Source: a virus (Duplodnaviria > Caudoviricetes). Taken from it: 56,986 bases of DNA. The stretch covers positions 1 to 56,986 of the IMG/VR virus record IMGVR_UViG_3300031857_020009, one strand, 5' to 3'. The translations under genes and the position numbers were made by a program. Positions 29,112 to 39,030 of the stretch are shown here, piece by piece; the stretch's first letter is position 1, and every line of letters starts with the position of its first letter. The notes under the pieces were generated by a model. It saw nothing but the letters and a program-made list of their open reading frames with translations, was not told the DNA's origin and ran no database searches.

Positions 29112-30064
29112 AATTCGTATTTTCTTAATGGTCCTGTTTGTATATCGTGTTTGTAATATTCTCCAATTAACGTATTATCGTAACTTTGTTTAATTGATTC
29201 AAAAGTATTTGTATTTTCATAATCCCAGCCCCATCTAGAACGCCATGCATTGAAATTTGAATATTTACCAAAATGATATTCATTTCCTGATTTAGCACCG
29301 GTGGCGGAATTAGCATTAATATTGTATTTTTCTTTTAAAAATTGATTATTTAAACAATATAAATTTGTTAATGTTAAACATGGAAAATTTAAATAATTAA
29401 ACTGCATTGCAATATCTGGTAACCATAAATGAAAATGATATTCATTTGTTGGTTTGATATGTTGATTCCATAGTGAAACATTTATACCAACTGCTGCCCA
29501 CATTGGAAATTCTGAAATAAATGGTTGATTCCAATTTCCAGAATTAATTAATGTATCTTGTTGTTTAGGACATAACCATCTTCCGGAATTTGATTGAATT
29601 GATAAATGTGCCATTCCAATCATCCCTAAGGGCGTTTCTCCATTATTAAACTTATCTAAACAATCATTAGTATAATCTCCATTATCTAAAACATTGAATC
29701 CGACAATACCAAATTCATTCAATTTTTCTTCTGAGATATATCTAGATAATGTTTTAAAGAAATTTTCAGAAATTGGATATATGTCATGTTGAAAACAAAC
29801 TACCCATTTACATTTTGGTCGATTTTCATTAATAAAATCAATTAATGTTTGCGTTGCCATTTGAACGCCTCGATCTTTATTCTCTAAAAAAACTATGTTA
29901 TTTTCGGAACAATATTGTTTTCCTTTTCGAATTTCATCTTCAGAAGAATTATCATCTACATTAATTAATTCAAATCCTTCGGTGTTGATGTTTTTAAATA
30001 CTTCGCCTTTGAGCATATCATAATTATTGCGCGAAGATATGTATATAATTAAATTATCATTCAT
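29108..30064 (-). CDS. GT-A glycosyltransferase
   Basis: LINVDDNSS, VVCFQHD. Confidence 0.65.
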   Translation of the reverse strand: MNDNLIIYISSRNNYDMLKGEVFKNINTEGFELINVDDNSSEDEIRKGKQYCSENNIVFLENKDRGVQMATQTLIDFINENRPKCKWVVCFQHDIYPISENFFKTLSRYISEEKLNEFGIVGFNVLDNGDYTNDCLDKFNNGETPLGMIGMAHLSIQSNSGRWLCPKQQDTLINSGNWNQPFISEFPMWAAVGINVSLWNQHIKPTNEYHFHLWLPDIAMQFNYLNFPCLTLTNLYCLNNQFLKEKYNINANSATGAKSGNEYHFGKYSNFNAWRSRWGWDYENTNTFESIKQSYDNTLIGEYYKHDIQTGPLRKYEL

Positions 30065-30917
30065 ATGATCCTATATAGTTTAAAATATAATCTTTAATAT
30101 TAAATTTACATTCCCAATTCAATACAGTTTTAGCTAAAGTAGAATCGCAAAGTGTATTAATTGCTTCACCTGGTTTATCATCATCATATACAATATAATC
30201 ATATTCAAACATATTTGCAATTTCTTGTATAGAATAATTTTTACCAGTACCTAATTCAAAAATATGACCCCATGCATTTTTTTTAAAAATCAATAATAAT
30301 GCAAAAACAATGTCATTAACGTGTGTAAAATCTCTACGTTTGGTGCCATCGCCATATATTACTATAGGATGTTTAGTTTCAATAGCATGTTCCCATTTTC
30401 CAATAACAGTACAATATCCACCCTCTTTAAGATGATGTGGTCCGTATACATTATAAAATCTAGCTACTGATGCATTTAAATTATAATGTTGTTGAAATAA
30501 ATCAATTATTTCTTCCCCAATATCTTTGCTAAACGTATATGGGTTCTTAAATTTACCAGAATGATGTGAGCTAGACCCAGCATAAACTAATGGCGTATTT
30601 GTATCTACACAAAATTTCGCAATTTTCATAGTAGATACTGCATTGTTTTCAAAATATTCTACTGGTAAATTAAATGAGGGCTGAATTCTAGCAATTGCAG
30701 CTAAATGAAATATTATATCAAATGATCCATATTCAGAAAAATCAGATATAGTTAACAAATCTTGTTTAATATAAGTAGCTCCCTCAATATGATTACTTTC
30801 AAATCCTGTAAAATAATTATCAATTGATATTACATCAAAATTATTTTGAAGTAGTAATTTAATTAAATTGGTTCCGATAAACCCGGCACCGCCAGTTACT
30901 AAAGCTCGTTTTTTCAT
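30057..30917 (-). CDS. NAD-dependent epimerase/dehydratase
   Basis: LVTGGAGFIG, YTFSK, RFYNVYGP, GDGTKRRDFTHV. Confidence 0.9.
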   Translation of the reverse strand: MKKRALVTGGAGFIGTNLIKLLLQNNFDVISIDNYFTGFESNHIEGATYIKQDLLTISDFSEYGSFDIIFHLAAIARIQPSFNLPVEYFENNAVSTMKIAKFCVDTNTPLVYAGSSSHHSGKFKNPYTFSKDIGEEIIDLFQQHYNLNASVARFYNVYGPHHLKEGGYCTVIGKWEHAIETKHPIVIYGDGTKRRDFTHVNDIVFALLLIFKKNAWGHIFELGTGKNYSIQEIANMFEYDYIVYDDDKPGEAINTLCDSTLAKTVLNWECKFNIKDYILNYIGSYE

Positions 30918-31543
30918 AAAGTATCGTAATATTTGTTTTGTTTTTCTTGTCGATCAATTGTCTTAGGATGATATAAGGCCCATTCTTCTAATAATGGCAA
31001 CATACCATGGTGCTTAAATCCATTTAATACTTCATGGACTCGATTAACCCATTTAATTTCTGGTTTATTTTTATAAATTCGCATCTGCCAATCTGCCCAA
31101 TTTACCCAACCCTTTTCATTCACATTCCATCCCCAACGACGAATATGTTCTTCAGTTAATCCTTCAACCGTATTTACCCGCGGTACTCGAATCATATCTG
31201 CTAATGGATTTTCTTCTAATAATAATGGAAGATTTTTCATTAAATTTTCATGAGGAATTTCATCTGCATCTATTTGAAAAATCCACGTACCTGAGCATTT
31301 GGATGTTAATAAATTTTTCCAATCTGCGAAATGTCCTCTAAATGAATCTTCAACTAAGTTAATTTGATCATTAGAACTCAATTTATGTAAATAACCTAAT
31401 AATTCAGAAGTAGGTTCATTTTTTGATAAATCTACTAATACTACAATTTCATCTTGTAATCTTTTATGTTCTAACAAGAAAGAAATAAGTCGTTGTATTT
31501 CAATAAATTCATTACATACTGTTATAGCGTAACTTATTTTCAT
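30914..31543 (-). CDS. Glycosyltransferase family 2
   Basis: ISYAITVCNE, WIFQIDADE, WVNRVHE. Confidence 0.85.
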   Translation of the reverse strand: MKISYAITVCNEFIEIQRLISFLLEHKRLQDEIVVLVDLSKNEPTSELLGYLHKLSSNDQINLVEDSFRGHFADWKNLLTSKCSGTWIFQIDADEIPHENLMKNLPLLLEENPLADMIRVPRVNTVEGLTEEHIRRWGWNVNEKGWVNWADWQMRIYKNKPEIKWVNRVHEVLNGFKHHGMLPLLEEWALYHPKTIDRQEKQNKYYDTL

Positions 31544-31544
31544 G

Positions 31545-32804
31545 TTATACCTTTTGTAACTTAGGTAACTGTAATTTATTTAAATTTGGAAGTTTTATTT
31601 CAACTGGTTTAGGAATTGATTCTAATAATAAATCTAAATCATTAATAAAATTAGAAAAAATCTTTGTAACTGCAGCATCATTAAAATTAGATTTTGCAAA
31701 AAATCTTTGTCGTTTTGCTAATTCTAACCAAGTTTTATAATTTGAGTTAACTTCTCTGAGACAATGAACTGCGTGATTATAATCTGCAGTAAACCATTTT
31801 GCATTTTTAATTAAAAACTCATTCTGCGCAGATGGATGAATTTCAGTTAATTTTCCATTAACACTGCAAATAAAATCTTTTTTAAGAAAATCAGATTGAC
31901 CGGAATAATGTGGTGCGATAATTGGCTTTGCAGTTGTTGAAAATTCTAACAACGGACGGCCGAAGCCTTCTGCTTTTGTTAATGAATACATTGCTTTAAT
32001 CTTTGGGTGCATATACAATGAATTCATTTGTTTATCAGTTAAATCGCCATGTAATATGTATACATTAGGTAATCGATCTGTTTTCTTATATAAATTCTTA
32101 ATTTGTTGTAGTTTTCTTTCAATTTCTAATCGATCGGTAATTGAATATGTAGCACCGCTTGTTTTCAAGATTAATGCTGGTTGATTTTTTTTATTCTTGA
32201 ATGCTTCAAAAAATGAATAAACTGCGCCACTGATATTTTTTCTATCTTCTCCCAATTGTCCTTGCAGCCAATGCCCAACTGTCAAATATGCAAATGTCTC
32301 AGGAATATCATCTAATTCTGATATCATAGATTCATATGTTCCATCATATATAGTTTCATTAAAATATTCTGGAATTACATGAATTTTAGTTGTTAATGGT
32401 TTATTATGATCGAGTGCAGTCTTTTCAAAAACTTGTTTTGTAAAGTTAGTAGGAACGATAATCATATTCATTGAATTTAATCTATCAATCCACTCCGGTG
32501 GGCATATATCACCCTCTGTACCCGCAGTAACACCTATATTAATTTTTCCAACTGGCTGAAATTCATTAGGAACGGTAATTTGAACCCAGATATCTGGTTG
32601 ATCAGATAATGGTAATGGAACTATTCTAGATTTAATTTCATTACTTAATGGAAACGTAAATGGAGTGTGACCCCACGGCAATGAAACTAATTTAATATTC
32701 CATTCTAAATTTTTATGTGCAATTAATTGTGAAATTACTTCGCGGGCATGATGTCCATAACCCGACTGCGTTGCAACTGGCGATGCTATAACTACATTTG
32801 TCAT
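31545..32804 (-). CDS. GT-B glycosyltransferase (GT4-like)
   Basis: TQSGYG, DRKN, KAEGFGRPLLEF. Confidence 0.85.
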   Translation of the reverse strand: MTNVVIASPVATQSGYGHHAREVISQLIAHKNLEWNIKLVSLPWGHTPFTFPLSNEIKSRIVPLPLSDQPDIWVQITVPNEFQPVGKINIGVTAGTEGDICPPEWIDRLNSMNMIIVPTNFTKQVFEKTALDHNKPLTTKIHVIPEYFNETIYDGTYESMISELDDIPETFAYLTVGHWLQGQLGEDRKNISGAVYSFFEAFKNKKNQPALILKTSGATYSITDRLEIERKLQQIKNLYKKTDRLPNVYILHGDLTDKQMNSLYMHPKIKAMYSLTKAEGFGRPLLEFSTTAKPIIAPHYSGQSDFLKKDFICSVNGKLTEIHPSAQNEFLIKNAKWFTADYNHAVHCLREVNSNYKTWLELAKRQRFFAKSNFNDAAVTKIFSNFINDLDLLLESIPKPVEIKLPNLNKLQLPKLQKV

Positions 32805-34291
32805 TATTGTACTATTCCTGTATTTTTATATTTAATATCTTTAAATTCTGTGAATGTATATGATGGACGAGTTTCTTTATTAACCTCAAATAAATAATCA
32901 ATCATATGAATCATCTTTTCACCCATTTGTTCTGCAGTTAAACCATTTTGCATTGCCCATTCTCGGCCAATCATGCCATGCATGAATCTAGTAGCAAATG
33001 GCAAATCATACCAATAACGAATTGCATCAGCTACATCCTCATATCGTACTCGGTCATCGAATATATATGGCGTTTGTGGAGAACCTTGAAGTGATCTGTT
33101 ACTTGGAAATACTGGTTTAGCCCAGTGACCATGTTTTGTAAATCGACCTGTGTGGTTAGTTGCAAATTCACCATCGAAACGAATCCATTCTCCATTTTCA
33201 TCTTCAAAACCACATTGATCTTGTAATCCGCCAGTTACATTATTAATAATCGGCGTACAAGCTAAAATTGCTTCTGTTGAACTTAAACCCCACCCTTCAT
33301 TACTAGCAATATTGACAACAACATCTGCTACATTGTACAATGCATTAAGTTCTTCTGTTAATAGTTTTTGTTCTGAAAAGATTATTTTACAATCAGGTGC
33401 TACTGCATTTCTCACTGCAATTAAATCGGTGCCATTTTCATCAACTGCTTGAGTATGCATTACTAGTCCAACTTTATTCTTTTGGTCTTCTGGTAATGAA
33501 TCAACAAACGTTTTAAATGCTAGGATAACATCCCCTGGTTGTTTTCTTCGAATATTTCTATTATTCCAAAATACCATGAAATCAATATCATTTTCTTTTT
33601 TGAATCGATCGTGCATTTTTTTATACATTTCATCATCCAATTTAAGTGGTTTGAATTTATTATGATTCAATCCATGAGGCACATATCCTGTAACTATATC
33701 ATTCCATTTGACATCTGCAGGAACGGCACCTTCATCATAATCTACAACACCAAATCCGTTCTGTTTAAGCACTTCTCTATGGATATTATCAGATTGCTTA
33801 CTAATTCCCATAATTAAATCGCAACTACCATAAAATGGTGCATTCCACATTGGATAAGGTAAATCATCCCAAATAGAGTAATAAACTAATGGAATATTAT
33901 AAGTAGTTTTAATCTCATGTTCTAATGCGTACAACCAAGTCCAATAACGAGGATCAGTAAAATGAAAAATTGCATCTGGTTGTTCTTGGTTAAGCAACGC
34001 AAATAAAATATTGCGATCTCCATAACCTGACCACGGAATCAATTTAACATTGGCATCTGCTACTCCAGTTTCTTGAGCAATTATTTGAGATAAGTCAATA
34101 CCTTTACCATGTTCTGGATGTTGTAATGCAGCACCCAATTGTACCCAATCGTAATGGTGAACGGTATTGTAAATGATTTCTTTGCTAATAGTGCCTATAC
34201 CAGATGGTAAACGAAAATCATCTGCTAATAACAGAATTTTTTTCTTTTTAGGCTTGTTTGGATCAATTTTTTGTAACTTTGGTAATTCCAT
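32804..34291 (-). CDS. GT-B glycosyltransferase (GT4-like)
   Basis: YVPHG, NRNIRRKQ, LYNVADV...SNEGWGLSSTEA. Confidence 0.85.
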   Translation of the reverse strand: MELPKLQKIDPNKPKKKKILLLADDFRLPSGIGTISKEIIYNTVHHYDWVQLGAALQHPEHGKGIDLSQIIAQETGVADANVKLIPWSGYGDRNILFALLNQEQPDAIFHFTDPRYWTWLYALEHEIKTTYNIPLVYYSIWDDLPYPMWNAPFYGSCDLIMGISKQSDNIHREVLKQNGFGVVDYDEGAVPADVKWNDIVTGYVPHGLNHNKFKPLKLDDEMYKKMHDRFKKENDIDFMVFWNNRNIRRKQPGDVILAFKTFVDSLPEDQKNKVGLVMHTQAVDENGTDLIAVRNAVAPDCKIIFSEQKLLTEELNALYNVADVVVNIASNEGWGLSSTEAILACTPIINNVTGGLQDQCGFEDENGEWIRFDGEFATNHTGRFTKHGHWAKPVFPSNRSLQGSPQTPYIFDDRVRYEDVADAIRYWYDLPFATRFMHGMIGREWAMQNGLTAEQMGEKMIHMIDYLFEVNKETRPSYTFTEFKDIKYKNTGIVQ

Positions 34292-34313
34292 TTATTCCTT
34301 TTATAACTTTATT

Positions 34314-34321
34314 ATAAATAT
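34314..34321 (-). promoter_or_regulatory. ATATTTAT motif heading the glycan island
   Basis: Followed by AAAGTTATAAAAGGA, as in the groEL leader. Confidence 0.55.
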
Positions 34322-34324
34322 ATA

Positions 34325-34729
34325 CTAACCTAGTATAACCACCGGTTTTTCTAGCTTTTTAACATTATTATATGCTGTTTGAAGAACTGGATCTAATTTA
34401 GATTCATTGTTTAAAATCATCATGTAATCACAACGTTGTGCAATTAATTTCATGCGATGATGTAATTGAGAAAAATGATATGTTTTACCATAATATGTTT
34501 CTGGCATTGCTGAATACATATTATATCCTGAAAATGAAGGATTAAATTCTTCATATTGCAAACCGAACTCAATGGCATATTTTTTAATCATATGATTTGC
34601 GCCCTCATTGCCTCCGGCGCCAATCACAACCAATTCTTCACTAAACTGTTGTTTCAATCTTTGCAAAGTTTCTTGTACTTTGCGTTTATTCTGCCAATTC
34701 GTATTTCCTATAACTGCTACTCGTTTCAT
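34325..34729 (-). CDS. SLOG-family (DUF2493/YspA-like) protein
   Basis: RVAVIG...VVIGAGGNEGAN...YAIEFG...KPVVI. Confidence 0.6.
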   Translation of the reverse strand: MKRVAVIGNTNWQNKRKVQETLQRLKQQFSEELVVIGAGGNEGANHMIKKYAIEFGLQYEEFNPSFSGYNMYSAMPETYYGKTYHFSQLHHRMKLIAQRCDYMMILNNESKLDPVLQTAYNNVKKLEKPVVILG

Positions 34730-34938
34730 AATTTTTCATACAAAAATTTAACGCCTTTGGGCATATAACCATAAACTATTCGAAGTGCTTCTTCTAATAA
34801 CTTTTTATTTGCTTTACTTGTCGGGCCATCATGATTTGTACATAATGTATATTCTTGCGTAGTAAAATGCATACCTTGCCAAGTTGAATGATTACGCATT
34901 TCAAATTGATAAACGTATATGTGCTTATGATGAAACAT
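34726..34938 (-). CDS. Hypothetical protein
   Basis: 70 aa ORF directly under the promoter at 34944-34972. Confidence 0.6.
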   Translation of the reverse strand: MFHHKHIYVYQFEMRNHSTWQGMHFTTQEYTLCTNHDGPTSKANKKLLEEALRIVYGYMPKGVKFLYEKL

Positions 34939-34943
34939 AATAT

Positions 34944-34972
34944 ATTATATGAAAACTTATTCGCGAATCCTA
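34944..34972 (-). promoter_or_regulatory. TAGGAT-N17-TATAAT promoter
   Basis: 17-nt spacer variant. Confidence 0.6.
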
Positions 34973-35913
34973 TTTTCTTTAGGACAATTTACGTAATCTG
35001 TTTTAAATGGGCAATACTTACAATTCTTATCGCCTTTGCCCGAAAATGCATGATATACTGCGTCTGCTTGTTTATTACCTTCTGCATCAAAACAATTTTC
35101 AACAAATGCATCAATTTGACGCTGTACTTTCTTTTGCGTAACGGAGCCAGCTGATGGACGATGGTTTTGAATGCGCTTTTGTGGGAACATTGAATCTTCG
35201 ATCAATTTGCGTTTCACAATAAAGAATTCAACATCGATATTTTCTTGTGGTACGCCAAATTGCTTTGAAAAATAAGTTTTATATGCAACCAATTGGGCAG
35301 ACTTCAATGAATCTGATTTTTGATATTTATTCCAACCTGAGCGAGATGTTTTGATATCAAACAACACAATACGATTGGTTGCTGGATGACGCATTACAAC
35401 ATCAATGAAACCATACCAATAAACTGAAGGATTCTTTTCTGATGCTTGAACACATAAATCTAATTCGATGCCTACAAGCTCCCAACCCTTCGAAGAAAAA
35501 TATTGTGCTCGACGTTTCTTAAACCATTCTAATATTGCAACACCATCTTCTAGATATTCTGCTAATTGCAATGGATTAGAAAAATGTTCTCCACCCATTT
35601 CTGTTACGCACTTAACATATTCTTCGCGAAGCTTGTTTTGCAATATGCTACGGAAATCTAAATTCTCTGCTTTCTTTACAGATTCATTATACATTACCGT
35701 AAGAAAGTATTGAAATGTCTCGTGGAAGGCAGTACCAAACGTTGTGTCAATGGATGCTTGGAATGGAGCTAATCCATCAATGTAGGCAAGTTTCCAAGAT
35801 AATGGACATCGTTCATACATTGACCATTGTGAATAAGATATTTTTCTAGGCACTGTATCTGGGTCTCGTAATGATAAACGATAGATAGGTGCTACATATT
35901 GTCCAGCTTTCAT
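34957..35913 (-). CDS. PD-(D/E)xK exonuclease, Cas4/RecB-like with Fe-S cysteines
   Basis: ISYSQW..YERCP, GTAFH, GFIDVV, FDIKT, QL..Y, CKYCPF...C. Start moved to ATG 35913. Confidence 0.85.
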   Translation of the reverse strand: MKAGQYVAPIYRLSLRDPDTVPRKISYSQWSMYERCPLSWKLAYIDGLAPFQASIDTTFGTAFHETFQYFLTVMYNESVKKAENLDFRSILQNKLREEYVKCVTEMGGEHFSNPLQLAEYLEDGVAILEWFKKRRAQYFSSKGWELVGIELDLCVQASEKNPSVYWYGFIDVVMRHPATNRIVLFDIKTSRSGWNKYQKSDSLKSAQLVAYKTYFSKQFGVPQENIDVEFFIVKRKLIEDSMFPQKRIQNHRPSAGSVTQKKVQRQIDAFVENCFDAEGNKQADAVYHAFSGKGDKNCKYCPFKTDYVNCPKENRIRE

Positions 35914-35919
35914 ACTATT

Positions 35920-35948
35920 AATATAAGAAAAATAATTCAAGAACACAA
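35920..35948 (-). promoter_or_regulatory. TTGTGT-N17-TATATT promoter
   Basis: 17-nt spacer; the upstream hexamer overlaps the terminator T-tract. Confidence 0.55.
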
Positions 35949-35975
35949 AAAAAGCTCGACATTTCTGCCGAGCTT
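35947..35975 (-). terminator. Intrinsic terminator
   Basis: AAGCTCGGCA-GAAA-TGTCGAGCTT followed by a T-tract. Confidence 0.85.
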
Positions 35976-35992
35976 CCTTGTTGTATAACTTG

Positions 35993-36565
35993 TTATTCTT
36001 TTTCTAAATCTTGTTGAATGAATGCTAAAACATCTTGTAACAATTCATCTTTTATATTAGACATTTCTTCATAGAATTCTTCTGTCCAACAATCATCTTC
36101 ATCTTTATATTCATCTAATTCATCAAAGTCTGGATGAAAATAATCAATATCTCGGAATTTTTGATTTGATGCTGCTGCGCCGATGAAATTGTAACCTTCG
36201 TCATCAAAAGTGACGGTCATGGCAACATCTTCATATCGATTTCGAAGAAAATCACTTAATTTATAAAATAATGCTTCAGGAAAATCCCAAGCAGATGTCA
36301 TGTTAATAATTATGCTTGAATCTGTTGATCGATCAACATCGTCAAAATACATCCATTTAGCGCCAACATTATCGAGCCACCATTCTCTTGTATCTTCTTT
36401 ATCTGGATATAAATTATCCATCATGATGTTGCAACAAGCTTCAATTCGCTCGCCCCATGTTATATTTTCATCTTTCGGATCTAATCCAATCCACTCTGCA
36501 AAATTATTACAATCTTCTTCTGATTTGAATGTAATTTCAAAATAACTATAAACGTGATTTGCCAT
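35993..36565 (-). CDS. Acidic DUF1281/Api92-like protein
   Basis: MANHV...W..DNVGAKW...TSAWDFP pattern. Confidence 0.55.
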   Translation of the reverse strand: MANHVYSYFEITFKSEEDCNNFAEWIGLDPKDENITWGERIEACCNIMMDNLYPDKEDTREWWLDNVGAKWMYFDDVDRSTDSSIIINMTSAWDFPEALFYKLSDFLRNRYEDVAMTVTFDDEGYNFIGAAASNQKFRDIDYFHPDFDELDEYKDEDDCWTEEFYEEMSNIKDELLQDVLAFIQQDLEKE

Positions 36566-36573
36566 TTTTCTAT

Positions 36574-36602
36574 ATTATATAGAATTATTTGTTAGAATCC
36601 AA
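36574..36602 (-). promoter_or_regulatory. TTGGAT-N17-TATAAT promoter
   Basis: 17-nt spacer. Confidence 0.75.
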
Positions 36603-36788
36603 TTGTTCTTTCAAATAAATGTCAATAAGATCTTTTGTCTTAGTTAAATCTTGTTCAAAGGAACCTTTATGCCGACATCTTACAATGCGTTTAATGATAT
36701 CAAATTCATAGGTATTCAAACCCCACTCTTCTGCAAATTTATAAAGGCTATCCTTGCCTTTGTAGTGTGTTTGTGTATTTATACTCAC
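36585..36788 (-). CDS. DUF3310-like small protein
   Basis: THY...F.IIK.I.R..HKG..QDL.K pattern. Confidence 0.55.
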   Translation of the reverse strand: MSINTQTHYKGKDSLYKFAEEWGLNTYEFDIIKRIVRCRHKGSFEQDLTKTKDLIDIYLKEQLDSNK

Positions 36789-37237
36789 TTGATTCCTTTC
36801 AACATTTTCTTTTTGTCGCCTTCGCTGTATCCGTACATTGTTAAAATGCGCTCACAACTTGTTTTATCCATTAATTCAACATAATCAGATGCTTCTGATT
36901 TGCTTATTTGATAATGTTCAGCTATTTGAGCAACTAATTCTTTGTCAAACTTATCTTCTGATTTACCTTTTATGTATTTTGCAAATGCTTTGTTATTTGG
37001 CAGTAATTCATGATACAATTTATATGTCTCTTGCGGACGAAGTAATCCAATTGTATATGTTTGAAATTCGTTGATTAATTCTGTTAATTCCATTCGCATT
37101 GATAAGAATCGATTCATCATGTAAGGGCTGAATGCTTTTTGATCTACATCGGACCATTTTGACCATTCTTTCTTTTTATGAGTCACCCCATCAATAAAAT
37201 CAAACATTGTAGCTGCTTTACGTTTTTCTTCTGCCAT
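36785..37237 (-). CDS. Clamp loader small subunit (T4 gp62-like)
   Basis: FDFIDGV...FSPYMMNRFLSM...FAKYIKGK; close to the clamp loader ATPase. Confidence 0.7.
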   Translation of the reverse strand: MAEEKRKAATMFDFIDGVTHKKKEWSKWSDVDQKAFSPYMMNRFLSMRMELTELINEFQTYTIGLLRPQETYKLYHELLPNNKAFAKYIKGKSEDKFDKELVAQIAEHYQISKSEASDYVELMDKTSCERILTMYGYSEGDKKKMLKGIK

Positions 37238-37452
37238 TATAAATTGTATTTTTTACGATATTGTTGTTCTAATTGTTCACCCATTCCTATTTCTAGTATA
37301 ACTGCCTTATCTGGTATTCCTACTAGTTTCTTTGCATCTAAAATATCATCTATAGATTTATTTCGATATGATTTCATTTTTGTGTTTGCATTACTTCTAT
37401 TAGAAGTTTTAAACACAATGGTAACTAAATCTTTATGATATGATATCGACAT
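37237..37452 (-). CDS. Hypothetical protein
   Basis: Likely start MSISYHK at 37452 (TAATG overlap). Confidence 0.6.
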   Translation of the reverse strand: MSISYHKDLVTIVFKTSNRSNANTKMKSYRNKSIDDILDAKKLVGIPDKAVILEIGMGEQLEQQYRKKYNL

Positions 37453-37670
37453 TATTTTTTTACTTTGATTGGTTGAAATTCTTCTGGAATACAGCCGCAA
37501 TCATCACAACGAAATACCGGAATTGGTACCATTGTGTCTTTATCTGCTCCAGTTAAGAATTTTGACACTTTATTGATTGCCATTACTTGACGAAAATACA
37601 TACCATCACATTCTTTGCATTGAATTGGTTGCATATCATTAGGTCCAATATTAACATTCATTTTACTCAT
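37452..37670 (-). CDS. Small zinc-ribbon protein
   Basis: CKECDG...FRCDDCG. Confidence 0.7.
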   Translation of the reverse strand: MSKMNVNIGPNDMQPIQCKECDGMYFRQVMAINKVSKFLTGADKDTMVPIPVFRCDDCGCIPEEFQPIKVKK

Positions 37671-38593
37671 AGTTCTCCTAATAAATTAACAAACATTGCC
37701 ATAATATTAATTTCTTTATCTACAACTGATGCATCTTTAAATTGCGATTCTGCAATAATTAAAATGCATGGTGCAACATGACCTGTTGCAAACTCATCTA
37801 AGCTGTCATACAGAAATGTATATAACGGAGTGAAATCTTTTACTTTGCTATCTGCAACAATTTGACGTACTTTATTGAATGATGCTTTTTTGTCTTTAGC
37901 ATTTTTTAATACTTCCAAAATTTCAGTCATATAATTTGCTTGAATAGCGCTTGCTTTATCTAATTGCAATTTTCCATTAACAACTGATGCTTGTGCTGCA
38001 TTAAGTGCTCGACGAATATCTGGATATGATGCATTGATAATTGCAGCAACATCTTTAATATCATATTCAACACCTTTTTCATTTAAAACAGCAACCAATC
38101 GTTTTGCTACATCTGGTTTACCTGGAGGTGTAATTGCAAATGTCTGACAACGAGATTGAATTGGATCAATGATCTTTTCAACATAGTTACATGTTAAAAT
38201 AAAACGTGTTGTTTTACTATATGTTTCCATTAAATTACGTAATGCTGCTTGAGCATTAGGTGTCAAATAATCAGCTTCATCTAGAATAATAATTTTCCAA
38301 CGGCGGAAACCTACTGTTGATGCATATCGCTTAATCTTATCTCGAACTGCATCTACTGAGTTTTCATCCGAAGCGTTTATATACATTAAGTCAGCATCCA
38401 CGCTATTTGCAATAATCTTTGCCAAGGTAGTTTTACCAGTACCAGCTGAACCATAAAATAACAAATGCGGAACATCGCCGTTTTCAATGAAAATTTTAAC
38501 TTTTTCAATGATGTGTTCATTGCCAATATACCCCTCCAATGTATCTGGGCGGAAGGACTCAACCCAAAGTGTATTTTCTTGTTGTCCAAACAT
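37667..38593 (-). CDS. Clamp loader ATPase subunit (RFC/T4 gp44-like)
   Basis: LWVESFRP, GSAGTGKTT, INASDE, IILDEAD, IQSRC. Confidence 0.95.
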   Translation of the reverse strand: MFGQQENTLWVESFRPDTLEGYIGNEHIIEKVKIFIENGDVPHLLFYGSAGTGKTTLAKIIANSVDADLMYINASDENSVDAVRDKIKRYASTVGFRRWKIIILDEADYLTPNAQAALRNLMETYSKTTRFILTCNYVEKIIDPIQSRCQTFAITPPGKPDVAKRLVAVLNEKGVEYDIKDVAAIINASYPDIRRALNAAQASVVNGKLQLDKASAIQANYMTEILEVLKNAKDKKASFNKVRQIVADSKVKDFTPLYTFLYDSLDEFATGHVAPCILIIAESQFKDASVVDKEINIMAMFVNLLGEL

Positions 38594-38600
38594 AATTTAT

Positions 38601-39029
38601 TTATTTACCTGTTGATCCGAAACCTTTTTCTCCTCGTTTTGTGCTAGAATCTAATGAACCTACTGCTTGCCATTGTATTCGTTCCACCGGAGCTATTACT
38701 AATTGTGCAATTCTATCACCTGATTTAATTTCGAAGTCATATTGGCCATGATTGATTAAAATAACGCCAATTTCGCCTCGATAATCTGCATCAATGGTGC
38801 CTGGGCTATTTAATACAGTAATACCATAATTCTTAGCTAACCCACTTCGAGGTCTTACTTGTATTTCATAACCGTATGGAATTTCAACTCGCAAACCAGT
38901 TGTTATCAATTTAAACTGACCTGGTTTTAGAAGTCCATTTTCTGCACTTTTAATATCTAGACCAGCACTCCCATTAGTTTCATATTGTGGGAGTGCATTG
39001 TCTGAATTATTTACTATTTTTACTACCAT
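38601..39029 (-). CDS. dut: dUTPase
   Basis: AGLDI, RPRSGLA, GTIDADYRGEI, RIAQLV, RGEKGFGSTG. Confidence 0.97.
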   Translation of the reverse strand: MVVKIVNNSDNALPQYETNGSAGLDIKSAENGLLKPGQFKLITTGLRVEIPYGYEIQVRPRSGLAKNYGITVLNSPGTIDADYRGEIGVILINHGQYDFEIKSGDRIAQLVIAPVERIQWQAVGSLDSSTKRGEKGFGSTGK

Positions 39030-39030
39030 C

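Noticed and set aside
34957-35913. Cas4-like nuclease as evidence of a CRISPR-Cas system
   Set aside because: No repeat-spacer array or other cas genes were seen; stand-alone Cas4-like exonucleases are common in phage replication modules.
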